The position numbers and the translations under genes were made by a program. A stretch of 64,000 nucleotides of DNA from Acidobacteriota bacterium. Lineage in GTDB: Bacteria; Acidobacteriota; UBA6911; RPQK01; JAJDTT01. Shown here one piece after another: positions 1 to 9,346 of this stretch. A model generated the notes under the pieces. The model was not told where the DNA came from. It did not search any database and saw only the letters and a list, made by a program, of their open reading frames with translations. The first letter of the stretch is position 1. Every line of letters starts with the position of its first letter. Location: NCBI GenBank assembly GCA_965263035.1, contig OZ253580.1, positions 3,040,001 to 3,104,000 of the forward strand, in the 5' to 3' direction.

Positions 1-1176
1 CTGTACACGGTCTCGACTTTCCCGGTAGAGAGGAGAGAGCTCCCGCATCCTCCGGATGGTTCGCGGGAGCACTTCCAGAGCCGTCGTGATCTCTTCCTCG
101 GTGGTCATCCGGCTGAGGCTGAGCCGAAGCGCACTCTCGACCCTGCGGTTTTCGAACCCCATGGCCTTCAAGACGTGAGAAGGCTCCAACGATCCCGAAG
201 AGCAGGCCGCACCCGTTGAGACGGCAATCCCCTGAAGGTCCAATGAAATGAGAAGAGCTTCTCCCTCGACGCCTCGAAAACTCAAGTTGGTGGTGTGAGG
301 CATCCTTCGGCGCGTCGATCCATTGATCCGGGTCTGGGGAATACGCTCCAGGAGTCCCGTCTCGATCCGGTCGCGAAGGGATCGGACCCGGAGGTCGAAA
401 TCCGCCAGGCCTTCCCTAGCCAGGGCGACCGCCTTGCCCAGGGCGACGATACCCGGCACGTTCTCGGTGCCTCCCCGGCGTCCCCGTTCGTGAGAGCCAC
501 CCAGGAGCAGAGATTTCATCTGCACACCGTGGCGAAGGTAGAGGGCCCCGACTCCCTTGGGCCCGTGGATCTTGTGACCCGATAGTGAAAGCAGGTCCAC
601 CCCCAGGTCGTTCACGTCCACGGGGATCTTGCCGGCCGACTGGACCGCGTCGGTGTGGAAGAGGATTCCCTTTTCCCGGGCAAACCGTCCCACCGCGCGC
701 AATTCTTGAATCGCACCGGTCTCGTTGTTGGCATGCATGATCGAGATCAGGATCGTGTCCTCACGAACCGCCGCGTGCAGGTCCTCGAGGCGGATCAGCC
801 CCTGACGGTCCACCGGCAGGTAGGTCACCTGGAATCCTTCCTCCTCCAACTGCTCCATGGTCCGCAGGACCGCGGGATGCTCGATGGTGGTGGTGATGAG
901 GTGACGGCCGTTTCCGGGGTGGCTGGCGGCGATACCCCGGATGGCGGTGTTGTCCGACTCGGTCCCCCCGCTGGTGAAGATGATCTCCTTGGGCAGGCTT
1001 CCGACGAGATCGGCAACCGCCTGCCGGGCGGTCTCCACCGCCTCGCGGGCCTGCTGGCCGAATTCGTGAATCGACGAGGCGTTGCCGAAGTCCTGGAGAA
1101 AATGAGGCGACATGACCTCCAGCACCCGAGGATCCACTCGTGTCGTGGCGTTGTTGTCCAGGTAGACTCGCCTCAC
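1..1176 (-). CDS. iscS: cysteine desulfurase (IscS/NifS family), 3' end runs off the window
   Basis: Manual translation from GTG at 1176 gives MRRVYLDNNATTRVDPRVLEVM; the C-terminal part contains AVSTGAACSSGSLEPSHVLKAMG with the catalytic Cys. Absent from the ORF track because no stop lies in the window. Confidence 0.9.
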   Translation of the reverse strand, partial: MRRVYLDNNATTRVDPRVLEVMSPHFLQDFGNASSIHEFGQQAREAVETARQAVADLVGSLPKEIIFTSGGTESDNTAIRGIAASHPGNGRHLITTTIEHPAVLRTMEQLEEEGFQVTYLPVDRQGLIRLEDLHAAVREDTILISIMHANNETGAIQELRAVGRFAREKGILFHTDAVQSAGKIPVDVNDLGVDLLSLSGHKIHGPKGVGALYLRHGVQMKSLLLGGSHERGRRGGTENVPGIVALGKAVALAREGLADFDLRVRSLRDRIETGLLERIPQTRINGSTRRRMPHTTNLSFRGVEGEALLISLDLQGIAVSTGAACSSGSLEPSHVLKAMGFENRRVESALRLSLSRMTTEEEITTALEVLPRTIRRMRELSPLYRESRDRVQ

Positions 1177-1252
1177 TGCCGTCCCTTCTCCCGTTCCGCT
1201 CTACTTATTTCCCAAGACTCGGAGCCGTTCACGCCGCTTCCGGCCATCGACC

Positions 1253-1281
1253 TTGACAGCCCCTGGAACCGATCTTACTAG
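1253..1281 (+). promoter_or_regulatory. putative sigma70 promoter for hsp20
   Basis: TTGACA-17 bp-TACTAG upstream of the AGGAGG RBS; the -10 match is weak. Confidence 0.3.
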
Positions 1282-1339
1282 AACAATGGCTAGCCAAGAA
1301 GGAACAAACAAAACGATTGATATGACGAGGAGGTCAACA

Positions 1340-1783
1340 ATGAGTCTCATCAGAGTAACGCCATTCGCAGGCATCAACGGATTGCACCGGTTGATGGATC
1401 ATTTCTGGCGCGACAGCCGTTTCCTGGCTCCCGCCGACAGTGAGGAAATCCAGCCGGTACGCCGGCCCATCTCGGACGTGTACGAGACCGGAGACAGCCT
1501 GGTCTTCACCATGGAGCTGCCCGGATTCGACAAGAGCGAGATCGAGGTCACCGTCAACAACGGCTATCTGGAAGTCAAGGGCGAGCGCAAGGCCCAGGAG
1601 AAGAAGGATCGAACCTACCGCCAAGTCCAGAGATGGCACGGGCGTTTCCAACGGTCCTTCCGGCTTCCCCGCAGTCTGGATCGGGACAAGGTCTCGGCCG
1701 AACTGAGGAATGGAGTCCTCAGCATCGGGATCCCCAAGTTGGAAGCGGCGAAACCCAAGCAGATCGCGGTCCGAGTCAACTGA
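1340..1783 (+). CDS. Hsp20/alpha-crystallin small heat-shock protein
   Basis: DVYET...ELPG...EVTV...GER...FQRSFRLP...NGVLSIGIPK; AGGAGG RBS precedes ATG at 1340. Confidence 0.93.
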   Translation: MSLIRVTPFAGINGLHRLMDHFWRDSRFLAPADSEEIQPVRRPISDVYETGDSLVFTMELPGFDKSEIEVTVNNGYLEVKGERKAQEKKDRTYRQVQRWHGRFQRSFRLPRSLDRDKVSAELRNGVLSIGIPKLEAAKPKQIAVRVN

Positions 1784-1796
1784 AGTCCCAGGCTCG

Positions 1797-1831
1797 AGGG
1801 CCCCGGAACCTCCCCCCTCCGGGGCCCTTTC
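1797..1831 (+). terminator. intrinsic terminator-like hairpin after hsp20
   Basis: AGGGCCCCGGA / TCCGGGGCCCT perfect 11-bp stem followed by a short T run. Confidence 0.55.
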
Positions 1832-1860
1832 CACTTCGTCGAAAGACATTAGGAGCAAAC

Positions 1861-1996
1861 TAGGAGGGGGGACATCCTTGTCCCCCTCTTCATCGCCGAC
1901 CCGGAACCACCGGCTGCAAAGCCTCCGCTCCGATGCCCCCCTTGTTTCTGGGCGGATTGGGTGGGCCCGCAGCCGGTCGGAGACTTCTTGGAAACT
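1861..1996 (+). repeat. dispersed ~135-bp repeat starting with a GGAG-type REP palindrome (copy 1)
   Basis: TAGGAGGGGGGACATCCTTGTCCCCC-TCTTCATCGCCGACCCGGAACC... aligns along its length with the reverse complement of 56366-56501 and partly with 33556-33620. Confidence 0.8.
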
Positions 1997-2145
1997 ACGA
2001 ATCCCGAATTCCAAATCACCAACAAGTCGCAATTTTTCAGGATTTAGAGTGGCGGCGGCGCCATCAATGCTGCCGCGACGACCAACAGCGGGTTGCTCTC
2101 GCGGTTCGGCTTCATTTTTCGGGGCAACGCTTGGTCGGGCCTTTC

Positions 2146-2173
2146 TTGCAGGCCTCACGGGTTCTGGTAGAAT
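2146..2173 (+). promoter_or_regulatory. putative sigma70 promoter of tRNA-Phe
   Basis: TTGCAG-16 bp-TAGAAT with an extended -10 TG, 16 bp before the tRNA. Confidence 0.45.
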
Positions 2174-2189
2174 ACACACCTTTTCGAGA

Positions 2190-2262
2190 GCCGGGGTAGC
2201 TCAGTCGGTAGAGCAGGGGACTGAAAATCCCCGTGTCGGCGGTTCGATTCCGTCCCCCGGCA
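2190..2262 (+). tRNA. tRNA-Phe (GAA), CCA not encoded
   Basis: Acceptor stem GCCGGGG/CCCCGGC, D arm TAGCTCAGTCGGTAGAGC, anticodon loop CTGAAAA, T loop GGTTCGATTCC. Confidence 0.97.
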
Positions 2263-2512
2263 CCCCTCCACGAAGTCGCCTTCTCCCACTTTCTTCTTCC
2301 GTCCGCAGACGGAGCATTCGGTTCCCTGCGCCCCCGTCAACCCGCAACGTCGCGGAGCGCATCTCGATGTGAAGGCGGAGCGAGCGCCTGTTGCTCACGG
2401 AAGGGGCGTCGAGCCGGCTCAGCAGAAAATAATCTCCATCCCGTCCAGTCGCCCCTTGCAGCATGATCTCGATTAAACTCAGTTTATTGGACTAAGTCTT
2501 CAGGAGGATTGT

Positions 2513-2758
2513 ATGCGCACCGTCAATATGCACGAAGCCAAGACGCACCTTTCGCGTCTCGTACAGGCTGCCGCCCATGGTGATCCGTTCATCATCGCCC
2601 GGGCCGGCAAGCCGATGGTCAAAGTCGTCGCGGTAGAGGCGCCGGATCCCGGAGCAGTGTGCCGAATCGGGTTTCTGGCCGGCAGAATCTCGGTGCCGCC
2701 CGACTTCGACTGTATGGGCGCTGACGAGATCGAGGCATTGTTCGAAGGTGGAGCGTGA
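2513..2758 (+). CDS. Phd/YefM family antitoxin
   Basis: MRTVNMHEAKTHLSRLV...IIARAGKP; overlaps the PIN toxin gene (GTGA). Confidence 0.92.
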   Translation: MRTVNMHEAKTHLSRLVQAAAHGDPFIIARAGKPMVKVVAVEAPDPGAVCRIGFLAGRISVPPDFDCMGADEIEALFEGGA

Positions 2759-3141
2759 GTTTCCTCCTTGACACTCATGTCCTGCTCTGGGCCTCGGGCG
2801 TGCCGGATCGGTTGCCGCCCGATGCGCGCACGCTGATCGAAAACCCTGCGACGGAGTTGATCTATAGTGTGGCATCGCTCTGGGAGGTGGCCATCAAGAA
2901 CGAGTTGGGGCGCGCGGATTTCAGCGTCGATCCAAGCCTGCTGCGCCGGGGGTTACTGGAGAATGGTTACACGGAATTGGCCGTGACCGGCGCCCATGCA
3001 GTGGTTATGCATGGGCTGCCGCCGATCCACAAGGATTCATTCGACCGCCTCCTGGTCGCACAGGCTCTGATGGAAGGGGTGACGCTGGTGACGGTGGATG
3101 AAGTCGTGGGGCGCTACCCGGGGCCGATCCGGGTACTTTGA
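2755..3141 (+). CDS. vapC: VapC/PIN-domain toxin
   Basis: LLDTHVLLW, SVASLWEVAIK and H.DSFDRLLVAQA motifs. Confidence 0.92.
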   Translation: MSFLLDTHVLLWASGVPDRLPPDARTLIENPATELIYSVASLWEVAIKNELGRADFSVDPSLLRRGLLENGYTELAVTGAHAVVMHGLPPIHKDSFDRLLVAQALMEGVTLVTVDEVVGRYPGPIRVL

Positions 3142-3151
3142 CGGCTATCGT

Positions 3152-3176
3152 GAAAGTAAGTGACTGTCCCCTTCTC
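3152..3176 (+). repeat. junction motif copy 1 (GAAAGTAAGTGACTGTCCCCTTCTC)
   Basis: Near-identical 25-mers at 3596, 4350 and 9253 in the same orientation. Confidence 0.85.
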
Positions 3177-3365
3177 GGTTCTCCATTCACTCATGGCGGT
3201 CTCTCCTTGCCTTCAAGTCGATCCATCGATCTGGATCGGGTTCGTGCGGCCACGGATCGCAGTCGGGAGCCGGGTCGAGGACGTCGTGATTCTCAGGCCG
3301 ACATGATTAAGCCTCCTATAGGACCTGTATTAGACTGCAATAAGACCCCAACGGCCGCAACGAGC

Positions 3366-3677
3366 CTATTCGCTTTCTCCAAATCGAATTCGTCTCCATC
3401 TGCCCTTTGGTCCACGACTGCCCCTTGGTCCACGATCAGTTGACTTCGCCAAACCGCGATCACGCAACCCCGCCAAGGATCGTTTGATCGGCCGTTCGCT
3501 GTCATCAGATACCACACGAGCGACAATCTCGCGCAACGCTAAGCTATTCTCCGCGCCGGTAGAAGATGCGGGCGATCGGCGGATTCCAGCGCAGAGAAAG
3601 AAAGTGACTTTCCCCTTCTGGGCCGTCCGCGAATTCTCGCTGTTGGCAATGCGTTCGAGAAGTTCCACCCTGTTCAT
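3366..3677 (-). pseudogene. internally deleted AlbA/Schlafen-RecG-like ATP-binding regulator (N-terminus fused to a C-terminal wHTH)
   Basis: MNRVELLERIANSENS resembles an AlbA_2 start and is cut by the junction motif, then continues as wHTH-like LALREIVARV...RSLAGLRDRGL...GPRG...WR. Confidence 0.55.
3596..3620 (+). repeat. junction motif copy 2 (GAAAGAAAGTGACTTTCCCCTTCTG)
   Basis: Matches the other three copies with 2-3 differences. Confidence 0.8.
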
Positions 3678-3687
3678 TGCCGGTCAC

Positions 3688-3744
3688 TCATGCCGGCCTC
3701 CCCACGATTTCTCCGTTTCCGGGGACGTAGGACCTTCCTATCAT
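3688..3744 (-). pseudogene. MazF toxin remnant (18 aa)
   Basis: ATG overlaps the mazE stop (ATGA); MIGRSYVPGNGEIV resembles the MazF N-terminus (YVPxxGDIV), followed by an early stop. Confidence 0.6.
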
Positions 3745-3977
3745 GCCTCATTGCCTTGGGCTGGCCCAGCGTCCACCTCGGGATGCAGATTCTCGTCCGT
3801 CACAGTCGCCAGCATGTCGGCCAAGCTGTCGGTTTTCTTGCGCAGCAAGACTTCGTTGCCGCGCAAGACCATCTCGATGGCGGAGCCCTCACGCACCCCC
3901 CACTGCTCGGCGATGGGCTTGGGGATACGGACGGCCAGGCTGGACCCCCACTTGCAGATCTGCGATGTCGCACCCAT
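3741..3977 (-). CDS. mazE: AbrB/MazE family antitoxin
   Basis: KWGSSLAVRIPKPIAEQ...LADML..VT.EN.H.EVD.G...GNE; GGAG RBS. Confidence 0.9.
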   Translation of the reverse strand: MGATSQICKWGSSLAVRIPKPIAEQWGVREGSAIEMVLRGNEVLLRKKTDSLADMLATVTDENLHPEVDAGPAQGNEA

Positions 3978-4349
3978 GGACAGTCTCCTTTTGGATCTAC
4001 GAAATATATCTTCTCCCGTGATGTGATCAAGGCACTTCCGCTGAACGTTGTAACGAACGAGCGTGACAGCCTGGGCCGGGGCCTCCCCGATGGCATCGTC
4101 GCCATTGGCGCCGGCTTTGGGTTGGCGTGCCGACTCGGGGGTGATGCGTTGGCTGTTTGGTGTCAGGATATCCTTTACAGTTCAGCCTTGAACAACGATC
4201 CTGGGGACCCCTCTACAGTGGCGTCGCCCGTGCACAGGATCCGTTCTCGCTTCGGGTTGCGGCGGTTCGAATGGGTGGAGGAGCGGGGAATATTGATGAC
4301 CGCTCGCAATCGGGAGGACGTGCAAGGCGTGCGACAAGGCGCCGGACGG

Positions 4350-4374
4350 GAAAGCAAGTGACTGTCCCCTTCTC
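4350..4374 (+). repeat. junction motif copy 3 (GAAAGCAAGTGACTGTCCCCTTCTC)
   Basis: Matches the other three copies. Confidence 0.85.
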
Positions 4375-4587
4375 GCGGGGCGCTAGCTCGAAACCGGCGA
4401 AAATCTCGCGCAACGCCACGCCATCCTCCGTGCCGTCGAGCAGCGCCAGAATTGGCTCTTGCCGCTCGATCACGGCATCCCATTTACCTCTGAGCGGAAC
4501 ATAGTCTGCACGTCGGAAGCGTATCGTCACGCAATCGCCGCGTTCCTCGATCTCGTGCCGGGGCAGACAAGGAACCGATCGATTCAT
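4375..4587 (-). pseudogene. fragment of a second AlbA/RecG-like ATP-binding protein (region before the wHTH), cut at the motif
   Basis: LPRHEIEERGDCVTIRFRR...ERQEPILALLDG.EDGVALREI; the ALREI segment also occurs in the 3366-3677 fragment. Confidence 0.45.
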
Positions 4588-4653
4588 TATCAGGTTGACG
4601 AAGAAACGGTCGTTTTCTTAAATTGAAGCGCAGGAAAGGGGCGCTTCGCAATC

Positions 4654-5835
4654 GTGGCTCGCCAGACCGGTCAATACCGCATCACCAGCACCCTCGGAGA
4701 AGAGGTGCGCGCGTTCGTCCCCTACCCGCTTCCTCCGGTCGATCCGCCTCTGGTCCTGGACGGCGTGGCCGCCGAGCTCCATGCCGCCGCCATGACCGCG
4801 TTGGCCCGACTTGCCGTAGCGGGGTCGATGGTGCCGAGCACCGACTGGTTCCTTTACGGATTCGTCCGCAAGGAGGCGGTCGTCACCTCGCAGATCGAAG
4901 GCACGCAGGCAACGCTCCGCGACGTGCTCACCTTCGAAGCCACGCACCGTAGCGACCGTCCGGACGACGTCCGCGAGGTCTGCAACTATGTGGACGCGCT
5001 CGCCCACGCCCGCGCGCGAATCGCAGATCCCAAGGGGCTGCCGCTCAGCATCCGCCTCCTGTGCGAGGCGCACCGTATCCTGATGGCGGGTGTACGAGGC
5101 GAGTACATGCAGCCCGGCGAAATCCGCCGCTCACAGAACTGGATCGGTGGCAGGCGGCCCGGCAACGCCCGCTTCGTGCCCCCTCCGCCGGAGGAGGTGC
5201 CGGGCGCGCTCGGTGCGCTGGAACGGTGGCTGCACCAGGACAGCGATCTCCCGTCGCTGGTCCGGGCGGGTCTCGCGCACGTCCAGTTCGAGACGATCCA
5301 TCCCTTCCTCGACGGCAACGGACGCATCGGCCGGTTGCTGATCGCGCTCCTGTTGGATCACTGGGGGCTGCTCGATCTGCCTCTTCTCTACATCAGCCTG
5401 GCATTCAAGCGGAACCAGCCGGAGTACTACGCTCGGCTCGCGGCCGTGCGTAGCGCTGGCGATTGGGAGGGTTGGACCCAGTTCTTCCTCGAATGCGTGC
5501 GCGAGGCTGCCGATGACGGCGTTTGGGTCGCTCGGAAGCTGCATACGCTTGTCGGGCGCGACCGTGGCCGCGTTCTGGCCCACGAGCGTTCGACCGTGAC
5601 CGCCATCCGGCTGATCGAGCGCCTGCCGTCCCGTCCGGTCGTTACCGTCGCCGCGGCGTCAGACCTGCTCGGCCTCACGGCGCCGCCGACCCGCAAGGCC
5701 GTGGGGTTGCTGGAGAGTCTTGGCGTGCTGCGCGAGATCACGGGAAAGCGGCGCGGGCGCGCCTACTCCTACGACGAATACCTTCGCATCCTGACGGACG
5801 ACGAGCCCCTTCGAAGAACCAGTCCTGGTGCATGA
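4654..5835 (+). CDS. Fic family protein with C-terminal HTH
   Basis: SQIEG motif and canonical HPFLDGNGRIGR Fic motif. Confidence 0.95.
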   Translation: MARQTGQYRITSTLGEEVRAFVPYPLPPVDPPLVLDGVAAELHAAAMTALARLAVAGSMVPSTDWFLYGFVRKEAVVTSQIEGTQATLRDVLTFEATHRSDRPDDVREVCNYVDALAHARARIADPKGLPLSIRLLCEAHRILMAGVRGEYMQPGEIRRSQNWIGGRRPGNARFVPPPPEEVPGALGALERWLHQDSDLPSLVRAGLAHVQFETIHPFLDGNGRIGRLLIALLLDHWGLLDLPLLYISLAFKRNQPEYYARLAAVRSAGDWEGWTQFFLECVREAADDGVWVARKLHTLVGRDRGRVLAHERSTVTAIRLIERLPSRPVVTVAAASDLLGLTAPPTRKAVGLLESLGVLREITGKRRGRAYSYDEYLRILTDDEPLRRTSPGA

Positions 5836-5855
5836 CGGCAATCCGCATTTGGATT

Positions 5856-6155
5856 TCAGGCGTGAGCGTGTTCGTTCGCAAGCATTGGCAGGGTCTTGAG
5901 CTCCCTGCTGGCTTTCTTCTCGGCAACGCGCAATTCATAGATCTTTTGAAGATTTAGCCAAAATTCGGGACTGGTGCCGAAGTAGTGCCCCAGGCGCAGG
6001 GCCGTATCGGCGGTAATGGCCCTTCGTCCGTTCAGAATCTCAGTGATGCGGTTCGTAGGAACCTTGAGCTTTCGCGCAAGCGCGGCGGCACTCATATTGA
6101 GTTCTTTCAGTTCTTCGGCGACATGTTTGCCGGGATGGATTGCGGGCACAGCCAT
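5856..6155 (-). CDS. higA: HigA family antitoxin (HTH)
   Basis: PAIHPG...RITEILNGRRAITADTALRLGHYFGTSPEFWLNLQ. Confidence 0.93.
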   Translation of the reverse strand: MAVPAIHPGKHVAEELKELNMSAAALARKLKVPTNRITEILNGRRAITADTALRLGHYFGTSPEFWLNLQKIYELRVAEKKASRELKTLPMLANEHAHA

Positions 6156-6165
6156 AGCGGTTCGC

Positions 6166-6345
6166 CTGGTGGTAATCGACAATCTCTACATTCTCGGGTC
6201 CGAGGGATCCTTTGGGCCATTCGAAGCAAATCCGCTACTGGTTGTTGATGCGGATGCTGTACTGGCCTTCGCGGTCACCTTTGAGGGCTTCGAAGCGGTT
6301 GCCGGGCAAAGCGGCAAGGTCCTGAAGGGCGGTTGCCGCTTCTAG
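6166..6345 (-). pseudogene. higB: HigB toxin pseudogene (5'-truncated, internal TAG)
   Basis: Manual translation [42 protein letters not shown]...NVEIVDYH; the TAG at 6235-6237 replaces the conserved Trp. Confidence 0.88.
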
Positions 6346-6358
6346 CGGATCGGGCGTC

Positions 6359-7873
6359 TCACCGGAACCGAAACGAATAGATATCCGCGTCCTTCATGAC
6401 GAAGCGGAGCCGGATCGGCCTTTCCGCCAGCCGGTCGAATCTCATGGGGTCGGTGGGTAGGAAACCCGGGCGACTCCACCGGATCCTTCTCTGAATGTGA
6501 TCGCCGAAGATGACCGGCGATTCCTCCAGTGTAAAACCTGGAATGGGTTGCCCGTCCTCGTCCTGGACCTCGATTCGGATGCTCCCCACGGCCGAGGTCG
6601 AGAAGTTGAGGACCAGATCCCGTCCCTCGAAGCGGAATGGCTTGGTGACGAATTCCCCGCCGGAGTAGGGAGCCTTGATGGAAGTGAAGCCGTCGGTGCG
6701 CAGGACGAAACGCTCCAGGTAGGTGGACGGGTAGGTGTAGTTGCGAGACGTGTAGATCGAAATCTCATCCGGGGCCGTCGGGACCACACCCACGGCCGTG
6801 CTGTTGGTTCGGTGGATCCAGTTTCGTTCCTGCCGTCCCGGCCGGATGAAGGCCTCCGGAAAGGGGTTCCAGTCGATCCCGTCACGGCTGGTCATGAAAA
6901 CGGTCTCGGAGATGCCGGGCCGGGGAGCATCGTCGTGGATCTGCCGCAAGGGCTGGAAGCGCTTGGGAAACCCCAGATAGATATGAGGGGCCCGGAAATA
7001 GGGCGTGGCCGCATTGGTGTAGAGGTGATCTACCGGCCGGGCCCTGCCGTTGAAGGTGCAGGGAACCTGCTCCGTCCAGTTGAGGAGGTCCTTGGACGTG
7101 GTCCGGGCGAAGGTGCGCACGTCCTGGAGCATGTACCGGAAGTAGAAGACGTACTGTTTCTCCCATTCGGACCAGAAGAGGACGTTGACGGAGTCGAAGG
7201 CATTGGGCAACGAGGTGACGAAAAGAGGGTCCTCCCGCCACTTCTTCCAGCGGAGCCCGTCGGGCGAGACCCAGAGCACCAGGCCGATGGAGCGTTCGGT
7301 GGCTTGGCCGAATCGGGGATTGATGCCCACTCCGCCCGGCGACTTGAAGCGGACCGCCGGGTCGACTCCCGGCCGGGTGTCCAGCAGGGGCGCTCCCCCA
7401 GCGTGGTCGGTGACGATGTTGTTTTCGGTGGATCCGTTGAACTCGTAGAGGCCCAAATTGGGCCGCGTCCAATGGATTCCGTCCCGGCTTTCGGCGTAAC
7501 AGAGGAAGTTGGGATGCGGAGGCGTGAGCTTCTCGTCCGGAGTCAGTCCCGCTTTCCGCGCATAGTCCGGCGCGGTGCGCCCCATGTAATACATTCGGAA
7601 GAGGTCGCCGTCCTTGAAGACGCTCAGCTGCCAACTGGTGTTCCCCTCCCAGGGCCGATCGAATTCCAGGACCGTGCCGCCGGACCGGGGTGGGTGAAGG
7701 CGGATCTCCACACCCTCCATCTTTGCGATCAGATGGTCGTCAGCGAACAGTTCCAGCCGGGAACCGATGTCAACGGCTTCCATGGAAGTGGCCTCCCCCG
7801 CCGAAAGAAAGGGACCGGTCCAGGCCGTGAAACCGGCCAGTAGCGTCAAGCCTCGAAACCAGGATACGCGCAT
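6359..7873 (-). CDS. secreted five-bladed beta-propeller protein, glycoside hydrolase GH32/GH43-like
   Basis: Signal peptide, Asp-box-like repeats (SRDGIHW, SPDGLRW, SKDLLNW, SRDGIDW) and a LRTDGF...DADIYSFRF tail. Confidence 0.65.
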   Translation of the reverse strand: MRVSWFRGLTLLAGFTAWTGPFLSAGEATSMEAVDIGSRLELFADDHLIAKMEGVEIRLHPPRSGGTVLEFDRPWEGNTSWQLSVFKDGDLFRMYYMGRTAPDYARKAGLTPDEKLTPPHPNFLCYAESRDGIHWTRPNLGLYEFNGSTENNIVTDHAGGAPLLDTRPGVDPAVRFKSPGGVGINPRFGQATERSIGLVLWVSPDGLRWKKWREDPLFVTSLPNAFDSVNVLFWSEWEKQYVFYFRYMLQDVRTFARTTSKDLLNWTEQVPCTFNGRARPVDHLYTNAATPYFRAPHIYLGFPKRFQPLRQIHDDAPRPGISETVFMTSRDGIDWNPFPEAFIRPGRQERNWIHRTNSTAVGVVPTAPDEISIYTSRNYTYPSTYLERFVLRTDGFTSIKAPYSGGEFVTKPFRFEGRDLVLNFSTSAVGSIRIEVQDEDGQPIPGFTLEESPVIFGDHIQRRIRWSRPGFLPTDPMRFDRLAERPIRLRFVMKDADIYSFRFR

Positions 7874-8027
7874 GATTCATTCCTCCGTCCCAAATTAGAA
7901 CCGGTGTCTCGCAGGTTGTCACGTGGGTGCGATGAAATTCAATTGTGTCCGTATTGAAAATGCAATCGAGTGAGGATACGTTTCCTATGCGATTCTCGCC
8001 AAGGGCTGCCAAGAGGAGGGGTTGTGA

Positions 8028-9092
8028 ATGAGCCAGAATAAGGAATTCGATTTCGACAGCTTGCCCGAGACCAGCAAGGAAATCTACGAGCTGCAGTTGA
8101 AGGCACCCGACCTGACCCATCTGGCCAGCCTCGTTCGGATGACCTGCGGCGACACGATTTTCCCGGACGCGATTTCTGACGCCATTGCGGCGCGGTTGGA
8201 TGCCGGTTCGCTGTCGATCCCCGTCCTGGCGGTGAAAGGCGCCGGCCAGGGAAAGACTCTGGTGGCGACGGCCGGAGTTCACGGGGACGAATATGAGGGC
8301 ATGGAAGCCATCTTTCGCACCTTCGAAGCCCTGGACCCTTCCAACCTGTCCGGGACCTTCGTCGCCGTGCCGGTGGTGACGCTTCCTGCGTTCTGGCAGG
8401 CGACGCGGGCGAATCCCGTAGACGGCCTCAACATGGCCCGTATCTTTCCAGGGTCCCCGTCGGGGAGCATGAGCGAGCGGCTGGCCGCTCTGATGCTGGA
8501 GAAGGTCTTCCGGCATGCCGACCTCTACATCGACCTGCACAGCTCGGGCCGGAACAACGCCATGATGACTCTGGTCGGCTACGCGGCCCTGGGCCGGCAG
8601 GCCGAGACGGCCCGGGCGGCGGCGGAGTGCTTCGGAGCCCCCATGATCTGGGAACATCCCAAGGTCTCTCCCGGACGCACGTTGACGGAGACCCTGAAAT
8701 TGGAGATTCCGTCCCTCTACACCGAGGCGCGGGGAGGGGGCCGTGCCCATCCCGACGATGTGGATTGCTACACCCGGGGGCTTGCCAATCTGCTGGCGTT
8801 TCTCGATATGGCGCAACTCCCCGCTACCGGGCTGGAAGCGGACTACGAGCCGCTGCGGCTCTGCGGCGACGGCGATGTGGACGTTTCCATGAAGTCTCAG
8901 AGCAGCGGGCTCTTCTTCTCAGGCGCCCGTGTGGGGATGCGGGTTCGCGAAGGGGACCTGCTGGGAATGATCCGGGACCTGGACGGAACGCCGTTGGAAG
9001 AAGTCCGAAGTCCTCAGGACGGGGTCCTGGTGATGATCCGGACCAATCCCCGCATCTTCGCCGGCGAAGTCCTCCTGGTCATCAACGCCTGA
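8028..9092 (+). CDS. succinylglutamate desuccinylase/aspartoacylase family (M14-like)
   Basis: AGVHGDEYEG, NMARIFPG and IDLHS motifs; C-terminal barrel-sandwich. Confidence 0.9.
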   Translation: MSQNKEFDFDSLPETSKEIYELQLKAPDLTHLASLVRMTCGDTIFPDAISDAIAARLDAGSLSIPVLAVKGAGQGKTLVATAGVHGDEYEGMEAIFRTFEALDPSNLSGTFVAVPVVTLPAFWQATRANPVDGLNMARIFPGSPSGSMSERLAALMLEKVFRHADLYIDLHSSGRNNAMMTLVGYAALGRQAETARAAAECFGAPMIWEHPKVSPGRTLTETLKLEIPSLYTEARGGGRAHPDDVDCYTRGLANLLAFLDMAQLPATGLEADYEPLRLCGDGDVDVSMKSQSSGLFFSGARVGMRVREGDLLGMIRDLDGTPLEEVRSPQDGVLVMIRTNPRIFAGEVLLVINA

Positions 9093-9248
9093 GCCGGCGC
9101 CATCACCGCACCCGTTCCTCTTAGTGTCCGGAGAGGCGGTTCAGTCCAGCCTTTTGATCTTGATGTTCCGGAACCAGACCGGATCGCTGTGGTCCTGCAG
9201 GACGATGTGACCCACGTCGGCGAGCCCATAGTGGGGGAGATCCTTGAA
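8857..9248 (+). repeat. 392-bp diverged direct repeat, left copy
   Basis: Colinear with 10724-11115 at an offset of 1867 at both ends; about 40 mismatches in the first ~240 nt by manual count. Confidence 0.92.
9141..9248 (-). pseudogene. orphan 3' end of a DUF1080 gene
   Basis: FKDLPHYGLADVGHIVLQDHSDPVWFRNIKIKRLD is a variant of the C-terminus of 11008-11742. Confidence 0.85.
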
Positions 9249-9252
9249 TTCA

Positions 9253-9277
9253 GAAAAAAAGTGACTGTCCCCTTCTC
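9253..9277 (+). repeat. junction motif copy 4 (GAAAAAAAGTGACTGTCCCCTTCTC)
   Basis: Begins 5 nt after the end of the left 392-bp repeat, at the cassette boundary. Confidence 0.85.
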
Positions 9278-9346
9278 GAAGCCAGTGACTTGGGGATAGA
9301 TTTCTGTAGGATGGGCGCCGATTTTCCGTTAAGCTGATAAAGGTCA

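Noticed and set aside
3152-4374. Motif array as a CRISPR array
   Set aside because: The inserts are 0.4-0.7 kb and irregular, there are only three local copies, and no cas genes are present.
2513-6345. Integron cassette array
   Set aside because: No intI gene, no recognisable attC (RYYYAAC...GTTRRRY) structures, and mixed gene orientation.
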